A stretch of 64,000 bases of DNA from Chrysomallon squamiferum (GCA_012295275.1 CM022676.1:18476001-18540000); one strand, 5' to 3'; positions 24,624-38,779 are shown, counted from the stretch's first letter. Notes: generated by a model from the sequence alone, not told the origin. Numbers and translations: made by a program.

Positions 24624-24688
24624 GGAACAGTCCAGAACCGAATGTGTATGAAGTACTTGGTGTCGATGATAATGGACGAACAAATTAA
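24624..24688 (+). CDS. Receptor terminal exon (YEVL, stop)
   Basis: tcttgtag| phase 1; GNSPEPNVYEVLGVDDNGRTN* (TAA 24686-24688). Confidence 0.75.
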
Positions 24689-25819
24689 TATATCTCTTTA
24701 TTAATGTGATTACTTAAAACATCGAAACAGTTTATTATGTCACTTTTATCACACTCACACACACAAACACAAACACACACACACACACATACACACACAC
24801 ACCTATACACACAGATATGCATATATAGGATCAAATATTATAACACCTATTCACCATTATTGAATTTTATTATTGAGGAAAGCTAGTTAAATATGTATTT
24901 TTTCATTTTCATACAAGAACGCCTTTAGAGCCATTTAAAAAAAAAAAAAAAAGTATATGGATTCGATACTTCTGTTATGTTTACATGTATAGTATACAGT
25001 CTTTGTTGGTATATTTTGTGACTAACTGTGTCTATTATGATTCTGCTTAAAGTATATCTAATAGAATTGTGATTAAGTATGTCTAGTAAGATTCTCATTA
25101 AACAAAGTCTAGTACGAAAAATGTGTGGCGTTGATTTTTTGTGCGGACACATGCACTAAACTCTCTGACTTGATATCTTCTTGAGGACAGTAATTTATAA
25201 TGATGATGAGTTACTATCGCACAGAACAATATTTTTTTTAAAAGAGACTTGATTATTATCCACCGAACATAATGCAGTCCAGCAATCATGTTTATAGTTT
25301 TATTGTTTGTCGTCATAGCGAAATACAATTGAAAATAAATAAAACAGCATACAATAAAATAAAAATAAAAACTCAGTGATGAGCATTACAACTGATTTCC
25401 TTTCTTTACTTACTACAAGAGTTGTGTAACGACAGGCCACACAAATTTGCCTGTAACAGCAATATGTCCTAAACATTTCGACAACAATCAAATTTACAAA
25501 ATGTCCTTCCCTTCTTAATCCAGTTGTGCTTCTCGCATGACTATCGTCTTCAAGTCGATGCTATTTAAATATCACCTCATCTAGCGGACGTCAGAACAAT
25601 CAACTAAAGACTCAATTACATCCGAACTTACTATAACCTTAGACAGTCTTAATATGTCTGTAAACATAACTGTAACATGTTGTAGCTGTCAAATCACTGG
25701 TGAAAACCGGTCTATACAGTCATACTCAATTAGTTTGGTAAAATCAGTTATATGTTACACGTATATCTGTATGACACATTTCTCTTCATAATTATCTACA
25801 ACTACATCATTTAAAAATA

Positions 25820-26460
25820 AATAAACGTTTTATTAGAAATATACAGTGAAACTTTAAACAAGGACGTATTTTTAGAATATATTCAGGATAAGGTTAAACA
25901 AAAACTTATAAGTAGAAAATATATGAAATAACTTTAAATGAAAACGTATTATTAGAAAATATACAGGATGGCTTTAAACAAAAACACGTATTATTAAACA
26001 TATGCGTTGAAACTTCAAACAAAAGCGTCTTATTAGAAAATAGAAATGGTAATTTAAAAGAAAAAAACAAACGTATTATTAGAAAATATACAGTATATCT
26101 TTAAACAACAACGCATTAATGGAAATATGCTAGAACAACTTTAAACAAACACATATTATTAGAAACAAAAGAAAAAAAGAAACCAAAAAACAGAATGACT
26201 GAACAAAGCACGTATTATTAGAAAACTATACACGATAAATTTAAAAATGCGTATTATTAGAACATATACAGGGTAACTTTAAACAAAAACGTATAAGTAG
26301 AAAATATACACGATAACTTTAAACAAAAACTTATTATGAGAAACATACAGTGAAACTTAAACACAAATGTCATATTAGGAATATGTAGAGCAACATTAAA
26401 TAAAAACGTGTTATTAGAACTGTATGTGGTAACTTTAAACAAAAAATATATTATTAGAAA
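25820..26460. repeat. Degenerate ~40-bp minisatellite, ~16 copies
   Basis: AACTTTAAACAAAAACGTATTATTAGAAAATATACAG-like unit recurring at ~40-bp spacing. Confidence 0.85.
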
Positions 26461-28418
26461 TAGGCACCTTTATATCGTGAAGTAACTAAAACTCGTTAAT
26501 AACACACTGAAACAATATAACAAGAAACGATTTGTTTTTATCCTTGATTATAATATTCATGGATGAATGGATGCGAGTGTAAACATAAATATATACACAC
26601 ACACTCACACACACTGTATAGGAAATCTTTGTTTCGTTAGGTGCATTTCTATTACGTATATTAACTACAGATATTTTATTAACGGATTAATATATATATA
26701 TAACCTTGAAATTATCTAGTCTTTATATATAAATTAGAGAAAAGACAAAGGAAGGACAAATAATTAGATAGATATGTTTGAGTAATTATCATCAGTTAAT
26801 AAGGTGTCATTAACTACCGATATATGCTAATACATAAAGTTCTGTTTGACCATCAGTAATACTGTTTTACACGAAAGTACGCGATGACGAAATTTTAAAG
26901 GCAATTTTTAAATTGTAAAGTTCCGTTAATTTGTGGTGAAGATATGGCGAGTTCAGTGTGACAAAGTAAATCAGCTTTCAATTTTTTCCTCTCCGTGGAC
27001 TTCTATTTTTCAATCGATTCCTCTGTTTTCATCGACATCCGCAGAAATTTTCTATGTTTTCGGTTTCCACGTTGAGCTTAGAGTTCAGGCTCTGGCTCGG
27101 AATGTGTGTGTGTGTGTGTGTGCGTGCGTGTTTGTGTTATGATTGTGTGCGTGTAAGTTTCTGAGTATTTTCAGGTGTGATCGCCAGGCTGAGTATATTC
27201 ACATACATATACAGATATATAAAAACGATAGACATGTATCCATCCATACATAAATATGTGTGTGTTTGTATCTATGTATGTGTATACAAATTAAAATTAT
27301 ATTAATGTTTACATTTGATTTGTATAAATTAGTGTGTTAATACAATATCTATAGTTAACATACGGAAACGAAATATGTCTAATGAAACACAAAGTTTCAA
27401 AGATAAATATGACAAACTCTATGTCTAGGAAGGATCAAGGTACGATGTTACTGTTCACTGAAACTGAATTGCGGCTACTTCAGTAATGTGTCGTTTGACT
27501 GAACTTTGGATTTCTCGTAGACAGACACAAGAATTAACTCTTAATGGGTTGTGTGTCTGAAATCACAGAGATACTGAACAAAGACAAACTGACTAAATAC
27601 CGGAATTCACAATTATTTTGTCAGTTTAAAACTTATCAATTTTATATAGAATTGTTACAGCCATTTCTTGTTTTAACAGTGTTTAAATTTACAGGGGAAG
27701 AACTCTCGATCACAGATATTTACGTTTGTATAATTTGTTTATATATATATATATACTGCAGTCGATTATGCGCACCTCCATGTCTTTGTGCTGCATTACT
27801 GTCAGATTCTCCAAAGTGTCTGCACTTATAGTCCGCCATAATGTTTTGACCTATCTTTATTCAGTTTTGAATCCTTGATTTGTTTTTTATTCGAGGTCCA
27901 GTCTGAATACAAATTCTATTAATGGTAGATTTCAGGTCTTTTCTTTTTGCTAGTTGTACGAAATTTATCTCGTATTGTGAAAAAAGAAGCTTTTAATGTC
28001 AATCCAACATTTTCAGTAGCCGCTAACTCGTTATAGATCTTTTATCCGTCTTTATGGAAGAAAAGACGTTTACATTGGGTATTACAAATGAAATTACGCG
28101 ACATAATTTTTGTTTTGTCTAGTTTATGTGTAGCCTGTGAAAGGTGTATCGCGAACGTTGGTAATACACAACACATACTCTAGTTAAGACAAAAAGTGTT
28201 GTGCAATGTCATTAGTAATATCCAATATAAACGTCTTTGCTTCCAGAAATCGGGAGAAAATCTTCAGGAAAAACTTCTGTAGCAGCAGACACGTTTCAAA
28301 ACTAACAGCTGTGTTTCATCTCTTAAAGCACAGAGAAAGGGAAGATTTAACCCTCTGTCTGAGAGAGAAGTCAACAGCGTGTTTATTCCGAACCACGCGG
28401 AGTCTTACAATACGACTG

Positions 28419-29548
28419 ATGAAATCGATTCTCCTCAGCCAGAACCTCCTGAATTCTGTTACACCTCCCCAAAACACTCCCCCCCTGTAAATACGCAAAC
28501 CTATACTTTTAAATAGAATTTAAAACATACTATCAGAAATGTTCCTTAACTGTGAACACGATAGCAGTAAATATACATGGATCATGTTACTACTGTTATA
28601 AAAATCTGATATACAAAACGTCAGAGGTCACTTACAGGCATATAAAATGTATCTGTATGTCATATCACGCACCGGCGTCACCCTTCACTTAACAGGTTTC
28701 AAGAACAACAAGTCGAGTTGTATTAAGATTTAAACTCAAAACTTATTTTCTATATTTACGGTGTTTGATTCATGGACTTTAAACGCATTTCTATAATTAT
28801 TATTATATTTATATGAAATCGATTCTCCTCAGCCAGAACCTCCTGAATTCTGTTACACCTCCCCAATAGGAATAGGAAAAAAATTAACGTGCTAATCAGA
28901 GCAAGCTGTTGTGAAGCACGTCTGCGACGGGCACGCTTTCTGACAGGTCAGCGGGCGCGTCCGTCGCAGAAAAGAGTTTTGGGTAGGGAAAAGAATGGAT
29001 TCTCGCCACGATTGCAGGACACAAGGAAGTGTCCAGCATATCGGATCGTAACTAGTCGGTACGGATGTATCGCAGCCGCAATCCGCCCCCCGTGATATCC
29101 GGCACAATCTCTCAGCCATCACCGGGTCTGTGTTGTTTGCCGTCCTGGTTGTTCTGCTCTTTGCTGCTGTCGTTGTTTCTTTTTGGCTGACCTCGCCAAA
29201 ACACTCCCCCGTATAAATATGGAAACCTATACTTTTAAACAGAATTTAAAACGTACCATCAGAAATGTTCGTTAATTGTCAATATGATCACAGTAATATG
29301 CATAGTAATTGAGAATCTTTATTATGGAGATTTCTTGTCCTGTAAGGTTTAGAACAAAGATTTTACGTCGGATCATCAGTGTGTTGTAATATCTGTATTG
29401 CATAAATCAACCGACCTAGATACAGATAATTCGTAGGACCTTACATACCTTAAACATTCCGCAAAATACCAATGATTAGTAATAAAGCAACGTACTTATC
29501 AAGTGCTGAAATAAATCTAGACATTTAAAATATAAATTCTTGCGAATA

Positions 29549-29590
<42 letters not shown>

Positions 29591-29940
29591 GTAATAATAA
29601 TAATAATAATAATAATAATTCTCGTTCAGTAAACCAATGTGTCAACCAGCTCATGGGTAAAATAATCCAAACTGAAAATAATTTGGTCTGATAATACTTG
29701 TAGAAATATGCATGGTTCATGTAACTACTGTTAGAAAAATCTGGTATACAAAATGTCAGAGGTCACTTACAGACATATAAAATGTATCTATATGTCATAT
29801 CACGCACCGGGGTCACCCTTCACCTAACACATTTCAAGAACAACAAGTCGAGTTGTATTAAGATTTAAACTAAAAACTTATTTTCTATATTTACGGTGTT
29901 TGATTCATGGACTCTAAACACGTTTCAATAATTATTATTA
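28419..29940. repeat. Local tandem duplication (~390-bp unit); the second copy is interrupted by two inserts
   Basis: 28419-28810 aligns to 28813-28866 + ~29187-29303 + 29705-29940. Confidence 0.85.
29304..29704 (-). mobile_element. ~400-bp insertion with 9-bp target-site duplication
   Basis: AATATGCAT at 29295-29303 and 29705-29713; the paralogous empty site is at ~28565-28585. Confidence 0.65.
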
Positions 29941-30027
29941 TATTTAATATTATTATTAATATTGTTTTTATTATTATTAATATTAATATTATTATTATTA
30001 TTATTATCATCATCATCATTATTATTA

Positions 30028-30058
<31 letters not shown>

Positions 30059-30736
30059 TTTGTTTATTTATTTGTTTCTCTGTATCTTTCTTTTTGAATA
30101 TCTGCCGTCAGACATTTTGTGTTGTACTTTTTTTGTTATTATGAATATAATATTTGGACCTGAGCCAACTGTTTTTGTATATATTGTATAGCAATATTTG
30201 GACGTAAGCCAGCTCTACAATAATGCAACGTTACGTCGAAGAGAACAGTATGTGAGAATGTATGAATGTTTTTTTTTTAGGTATGTATTCACGTAAAACA
30301 AATGACAGATGAACAGAGAGAGATACATTATTTGTCATTATATTTTTCTTTCCGTGAGAATTTCTTACAACTTAACTACATTTATATATATATATATGTT
30401 CTAACGTTTTATCAATTAAATATTTAATTCATACCAGAAATTCATGCCCTGTAAGCGACACCATCACCACAAACATTGTTAGCAACAGCAGCAATCTCAC
30501 CACCACATCGTGTACCATGATGGTTTGTGGCTGCAACAAAATAATGAGAACAGTTTTCATATTACTTTTCAAGTTTTTACATTTATTCAAAATCAAAACT
30601 GATTATAGTATATAAATTCGGTACGAGAATTTGTATTTAGACTTAGGATATATTTTGTATTATTCATTACTGCCCCAGAAAACAACTGGTAATATTTCAA
30701 ATCGGGCCATGGATTATTTTTAATAATCTTTATTTA

Positions 30737-30776
<40 letters not shown>

Positions 30777-32488
30777 TATTATTATTATTATTTTGTATGC
30801 ACATAAATATATAATAATATAATCATATTTAAATACAAATTTAATAACAGATAGAGGAACACAGACAGAGAGACAGACAGAGAGAGAGAGAGAGAAGTAT
30901 GAGGACGAAGATTTAAAAAATAAAGTATCGATAATGTAATGTTGTTTATGATAAGATGATGATGATGATGATAGCGATGATGATGTAACGACAACAAGTA
31001 CTACCCAAATCAAAATGGGTTAACTCAAGGTAACTTGTGGTCACTACGCACAGCATCAGAATCATGATCATTGAACCGCAGCTGCTTATTTATAGCTTAA
31101 TGTTGTCTAAAATTACATGTTTGTCTACTTGTCATGAAAGGGTTCTCCGTTTAAACACCACATGTTGCCTAAAGATAATTCCAAGATGCTTTTCTTTCCG
31201 AAATTTCAGTAGACCAATGTATGAAGAGGTTATACTGAAAAACTGTGTGATTATCACGATTCAGCATGTTTCATCTAGTGGTAATTAGCGAAACCGCTTT
31301 TTGTACTAAACATTTTGAATCACAAAGAGAAAAGTAAAAAACCTTTTATTATTTTTTTTCAAACCACAGACTCAGTCTATAGAAATGTTGAGACACGAAT
31401 CCCATAATCAAGCAATAACTCTAGTATTTTTGTTAGTAGCATTGAAACTATAGCATGCGCTTCACCACTGATATAATAACACAGACCACAAACCTGAAAA
31501 ATATCACCTGGAAAAAAACCCCAGATGAGATTGTGGTTTTAAAACAAAATTTGAAAAATATAGTGGCAATAAAGAAGCTCTCGCTATAGATCGTATTCTG
31601 GGAAGATCAAAAATATATCCATTCATAATTATCATAATTGATTAGCAAGAAAAAAGTGTAAGTGTGAAGAGAGAAGGGAGATAATTATACTAAAATTCAT
31701 ATTCATTAATTGTTTAATTGTTAAGATTCAGACTGCGCCCATATTGATAAATGACTGCGTATCATAGTCACATTTAGTGCTATTCTGATCAATATCACTA
31801 ATAATGATTTTTTGATCGTTGATGAACCAATTATTTATATGCGTTTTATATTCAAGAATCTAAACATATTTATACCTCAAATCCTGAATTAGTTGAAACA
31901 TTTATCAGAATTGTTTGAATCAACATAGATGTTCGTATCAGAATAGCCAAACAAATGAATCAGTGTTCACTTAATCTCTATCACACAAACATCCACACAC
32001 AAACACACCCTCACACACACTATCACACTTAAATACACACGTAGCTTATGTTGGTTAGGGTTTCTGGAGTATATAATGTGACAAACTATTTTAAATGAAT
32101 AAATAAAGATAGATAGACGACATATTGGCAGATATATGCACAGGGTTTATAAACTGGCGGATAAACAGACATGGATAACAAACATACGTACTTTGCCTTT
32201 ATGTGATACTGACATGCGCCACTTGTAAACTTACATTCTGAAAGATTTTCTTCGATATTCTTGATATATTTTCTTTATCTATGTCGTACGTTCCATTCCA
32301 GCTACTAACAATACAATACTTTGAAACATGATTACCGTTACAAAATTAAACTTAGTCAGTCAACGAGCTACGTATATAAAGATAGGAATCAGGATCTAAA
32401 TCACAGTAGTTGTGTTTGACCGAGAAAAAATGTTCTGTACAGTTTTTATCAAAGAAATGTGTTTAATTCAGTGTATATGGATTTACTC

Positions 32489-32688
32489 NNNNNNNNNNNN
32501 NNNNNNNNNNNNNNNNNNNNNNNNNNNNNNNNNNNNNNNNNNNNNNNNNNNNNNNNNNNNNNNNNNNNNNNNNNNNNNNNNNNNNNNNNNNNNNNNNNNN
32601 NNNNNNNNNNNNNNNNNNNNNNNNNNNNNNNNNNNNNNNNNNNNNNNNNNNNNNNNNNNNNNNNNNNNNNNNNNNNNNNNNNNNNNNN
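32489..32688. other. Assembly gap (200 N)
   Basis: Run of N; the round length suggests a scaffolding placeholder. Confidence 1.
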
Positions 32689-32698
32689 ATCGTTGATT

Positions 32699-32802
<104 letters not shown>

Positions 32803-33392
32803 TGTACATATATACATACATATATATATATGTATGTATGTATATATATATATATATATCTGCATGTATGTATGTACATATATATATATATGTATAGATA
32901 TATAGATAAATAGATAGATACAAATGTCTCTTTAAGTAATGTATCTATTTATATATTTCACAATTCATTTGAAATTTAATGTGTTTTGTATAATTCAAAA
33001 ATATGTAATTGGGAAAACATTCGAAGATAATTAATTAATTTTGAAGTTGTATTTAATTACAAAAATTGATATGAATTTATGTATTTATTTACTTACTTAC
33101 TTAATATTTGTTTACTTATTTATTTATTTATAACATTGTATTAAATCTGATTAAATAAAGCAGAAAAGAAATTCATTTTAATCACTGATTACCTAGAGTA
33201 TTTTAAAGAAAGAAAAGAAGTCAATATTTTATGAAGCTTTCATCAAAACTATGAAGATGTACATGACGCTGTATTATTTCCTACACATTGTTGTTGTTCT
33301 TGTTAATTCTTCTTAGTAAGGTCATCTGTTTCTGCAATTACTTCGAGGAATTTAACTTTCACTAAGATTAGTATCAGTACAAGTGTACTTAC

Positions 33393-33737
33393 AGTTAAGA
33401 GCTACGTAGTTACTTCGCTGATAGTAAAAGATGCTGAAACAAGACCACTGCGTTGCATCCACTAATTTAAAAGATTTTATTTTCAGTTTGTAAATTTTTT
33501 CACTGTTTCCAGACTTCTCACAGGAACACTGGTACTGTGTAGTGTAGTTATGTGTGTTGTTTATCACACATTCTGGTTTTGTTTTTTCTGTGTTGTTATA
33601 AACTTGACAAATTTCTTTTTTGTTTCTGTAAAAGGCGACAGCTTGATCTCGAGTGAAACTTGTCACTTTACACAGAACACTGTACTCGAAGTCGTATAGT
33701 GGAAAAGTGGAATTCTTTATTAGCTGTACTTCTGATA
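33393..33737 (-). CDS. Ig-like (V-type-like, Cys-rich) domain exon of a secreted or membrane IgSF protein
   Basis: tttcag| phase 1; VSEVQLIKNSTFPLYDFEYSVLCKVTS....VAFYRN..EICQV....PECV....YQCSC....YKLKIKSFKLVDATQWSC...SNYVALN. Ends at a |gtaagt donor, or reads through to TAA at 33352. Confidence 0.75.
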
Positions 33738-33742
33738 CTGAA

Positions 33743-33781
<39 letters not shown>

Positions 33782-33832
33782 TATTAATAATAATTTTTTT
33801 TGTAGGTAGTGTTCATGTGTTCACTACAAGAA

Positions 33833-33879
<47 letters not shown>

Positions 33880-34141
33880 GAGCAAATGAATACCTCATAC
33901 CTGAGATGCGAAGGCTGAGAGTATTTAACGGTTGTCTCATGAAGACAAACCTAATTAGTTGTAAAGTCACTGATATCCGAAAGTAACTGGGCTTAAATCG
34001 TTATAATTTGTTCAGCTTTCTTTGGGTGTTTCTTTAGAAATAAGTATCCCATGTGTGAGTATACGCTCGTGTGTATGTGTGTGTGTGTGTGTATGTGTGC
34101 GTGTGTTTGTCAAAGGAGAAGAAAAAATAGTAATTGCTTAC

Positions 34142-34205
34142 CTGTACAAGTAAAGAGTAAACAGGAAAACAGAGAGGTAAAAATGATGTAACTCAAAGAG
34201 AACAT
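34142..34205 (-). CDS. Signal-peptide exon of the same IgSF gene
   Basis: tttcag|acaccATG; MFSLSYIIFTSLFSCLLFTCT; G|gtaagc donor, phase 1 matches the Ig exon. A probable upstream non-coding exon donor (gtgagt) lies at 34586-34591. Confidence 0.8.
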
Positions 34206-35022
34206 GGTGTCTGAAAGTAAATAATAATTTTAGTAGTTTATATACTTGAAGTCGTTTGGTTCATAACCATAGAGTTTTATACGATAGTGTGTGTTATATA
34301 TAATAATCATCAACATAAACAAGTGGATGTATAATTGGAGGATAGTCAAGTATATATGTTGCGTTATTAAATCTAATGAATTTTGTTGATGATAAAATAA
34401 CAACAAGAACAACAGTGATAACAACAACTACGGCTATCTCAAGATTCTTATCAATGAAGGTTATGATTATTCTAAATGAAGAAACCAATACTAATTAAAT
34501 AAACATATTTGAAGCAAACAAAAACGGCAGGAACTAAGATCGAATACTTAAATAAATAAATAAATAATAAATAAAGTATATGTCTACTCACTTTGGTGAA
34601 CTCTGTTAGTTTAATACTTCAGGCGTTCAAAGAGATTTTAAAAATTTCAAATAACCACAAAAACAAGAACGATCATACAAGTTGTCGGCTAACTTGAGCA
34701 AATGTAACAAAATAGAGAATGTTTGACTGACAGGATCAGGCACATTAAACAGCTGCCATTATGTTCAACTCTAAACGTTTAAGAACACGTTATTAAGATA
34801 TGTCAATAAAGAATAATACATTCAAAAGAAAGCCCGTTATAAAGATTCTTGCTACCTCGAGTGTGTTTACAATTCAGAGCGGTTCTAGCTTTACCTACAA
34901 GTGGAGGGCCATGTTCTCTTTGCAGTATGAAGACAGCGATATTTATTTGTTTATAAAGAGACAGAGACAGCCAGAGAAAAGGAGAGACTACGAAAGACAG
35001 AGTGATATAGTGACAGATACAG

Positions 35023-35111
<89 letters not shown>

Positions 35112-35266
35112 CTAATAAAGAACACTCCCTAGAACTGTATTTGTAAAGTTGTGGTGAGAATAGATCATTCGTGTTAATTTGATAAAGGTATAAGTTTTAT
35201 TTGAATAACGCTTTAAAAAAAAAAAAAAAAAATACGAAAGACAGAGTGATATAGTGACAGATACAG

Positions 35267-35439
<173 letters not shown>

Positions 35440-36314
35440 CTAATAAAGAACACTCCCTAGAACTGTATTTGTAAAGTTGTGGTGAGAATAGATCATTCGT
35501 GTTAATTTGATAAAGGTATAAGTTTTATTTGAATAACGCTTTAAAAAAAAAAAAAAAAAAAAAAATAGTTCGAAGTTCAGAACACGATAGAACACGATCA
35601 ACGCATTAATATCAATATTTTATAATGACTGTTATTAAATCGTACTTTATCTTTTCATAGTTTTCTAAGAAACGCTGTTCATTGTCAGTCGACATTACAG
35701 ATCTGTGTGTCAGTATATTTACAGATTGAAAATGTCTATAGAAAAAAAAAAGAACCAGGCCGACAGAGAGATTATACATAGACAAAAGCTAAACACATTT
35801 AGAGATATACACAGACAAACAGAAAGACAGACACAGAGATGGAACAAAACGAAACAAATAAAAATATTTAACATTTTATTTACGTATTTGTGTAAAAAAG
35901 ACGTACTCGCAAATTATTTCAATTGTTTTTCAGAAAGTTAAAATGTGTTCACAGCCGTAAGAAATTTATATATATATACACACCCATTTATGACAAGGAA
36001 ACACCATTTTCGGTTGTGAACTAAATGCATATATAACTAAGCGGCCGAAATATCGGCGGCAAATTTGAAACATGTTTGTTCGAACAGATGAAATATTGGC
36101 CGAGTTTTCCGTGTTTAGACTGCGTTGTTGCCTAGAAACGAAGAAATCTGTTGCCCATCGCATGATGTTTTAGATGAGCATACTCAGGCTTATATGCGCT
36201 AGTCAGCTCTGATTTATCAAACTCTGGATCAGGTTTTGTGGGAAGTATTTAGTTCGGAATGTCCCCATTTTTCCGGCCGCTATTTTTCTTATACATAAGA
36301 TTCTTATATATGAG

Positions 36315-36445
<131 letters not shown>

Positions 36446-36519
36446 TAGAGAGCGAGGGAGAGAGATGCAACAGAAAAATATGAAGTTAAATAAGTAAAAC
36501 AATAACTATGCAATAAGGA

Positions 36520-36704
36520 CAATATGTTTTTGCCATCAACTTCACGCATGAAGTACAACTCACTGTTACTCGCGTCAGAGCCAGTCACCAAACAAACCAA
36601 GTCAGTCTGTTCTCCCAGTGTTACAGTAGACAATCCAGTTAGATTGTAGGCTGTGATACCGTCACCGTCATGACCAACAACACCAGCAATAATAATAAAA
36701 AAAA

Positions 36705-36744
<40 letters not shown>

Positions 36745-37312
36745 TATTGTAAGCTATTTCAGTTGCCAATAATGTTACTCATAATATCCTACAACTACTA
36801 GAAATAATGATACTAACATTACACCTACTAAACTACTAATTTTATTAGAAAAACCACAATATTACTACTACTACCATAACTATTAATAATACTTCTACTA
36901 CTTCTGTAGTAGTAGTAATGATATTACTAACATTTTTCGACTACTAATATTACTACCATTGTTTTACTTGTACTATTACAATTTCACTACAACTATTATA
37001 CTGCTATTATTACTACTATTACAATTACAATTACTATTACCATTAAAACTACATCTGCTACACTTCTGCAAGTAATACCAAATTTTCTGCTACTACTATA
37101 ATACTATGACTACTACTATTATTATTATTATTATAGGACAACTACAAGTACTATTGCTACCTTTTGCAAACACAGATATTATATCATTATTGGGTTTTTT
37201 TGTAAACCAGAAGGCGACTGAAACATATTATTATTTAAGAAACACTTTTCTCAATAATATCTTGTAGACGTGTCACAAGAAAAAGTAACAGGTGAAGCTA
37301 TGTGACATACAT
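36520..37312 (-). pseudogene. IgSF pseudogene fragment, copy 1 (broken signal exon 37261-37312 + half Ig exon ~36520-36650)
   Basis: cacag|MYVT*LHLLLFLVTRLQ-G|atatta (in-frame TAG, GT donor missing), then cacag| phase 1 YNLTGLSTVTLGEQTDLVCLVTGSDASNSELYFMREVDGKNI, which breaks off before the second Cys. Confidence 0.6.
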
Positions 37313-37313
37313 C

Positions 37314-37504
<191 letters not shown>

Positions 37505-38393
37505 CTAATAAAGAACACTCCCTAGAACTGTATTTGTAAAGTTGTGGTGAGAATAGATCATTCGTGTTAATTTGATAAAGGTATAAGTTTTATTTGAATA
37601 ACGCTTTAAAAAAAAAAAAAAAAATAGTTCGAAGTTCAGAACACGATAGAACACGATCAACGCATTAATATCAATATTTTATAATGACTGTTATTAAATC
37701 GTACTTTATCTTTTCATAGTTTTCTAAGAAACGCTGTTCATTGTCAGTCGACATTACAGATCTGTGTGTCAGTATATTTACAGATTGAAAATGTCTATAG
37801 AAAAAAAAAGAACCAGGCCGACAGAGAGATTATACATAGACAAAAGCTAAACACATTTAGAGATATACACAGACAAACAGAAAGACAGACACAGAGATGG
37901 AACAAAACGAAACAAATAAAAATATTTAACATTTTATTTACGTATTTGTGTAAAAAAGACGTACTCGCAAATTATTTCAATTGTTTTTCAGAAAGTTAAA
38001 ATGTGTTCACAGCCGTAAGAAATTTATATATATATACACACCCATTTATGACAAGGAAACACCATTTTCGGTTGTGAACTAAATGCATATATAACTAAGC
38101 GGGCCGAAATATCGGCGGCAAATTTGAAAACATGTTTGTTCGAACAGATGAAATATTGGCCGAGTTTTCCGTGTTTAGACTGCGTTGTTGCCTAGAAACG
38201 AAGAAATCTGTTGCCCATCGCATGATGTTTTAGATGAGCATACTCAGGCTTATATGCGCTAGTCAGCTCTGATTTATCAAACTCTGGATCAGGTTTTGTG
38301 GGAAGTATTTAGTTCGGAATGTCCCCATTTTTCCGGCCGCTATTTTTCTTATACATAAGATTCTTATATATGAGATTCACACACACACGCACA

Positions 38394-38515
<122 letters not shown>

Positions 38516-38593
38516 TAGATAGAGAGCGAGGGAGAGAGATGCAACAGAAAAATATGAAGTTAAATAAGTAAAACAATAACTATGCAATAAGGA

Positions 38594-38779
38594 CAATATG
38601 TTTTTGCCATCAACTTCACGCATGAAGTACAACTCACTGTTACTCGCGTCAGAGCCAGTCACCAAACAAACCAAGTCAGTCTGTTCTCCCAGTGTTACAG
38701 TAGACAATCCAGTTAGATTGTAGGCTGTGATACCGTCACCGTCATGACCAACAACACCAGCAATAATAATAAAAATAAA

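Noticed and set aside
28206-28700. Possible exons on either strand (minus-strand gtaagt donors at ~28635 and ~29770; ORFs 28206 and 28316)
   Set aside because: The joins I tried hit stops and gave no recognisable domain, so I could not support a gene.
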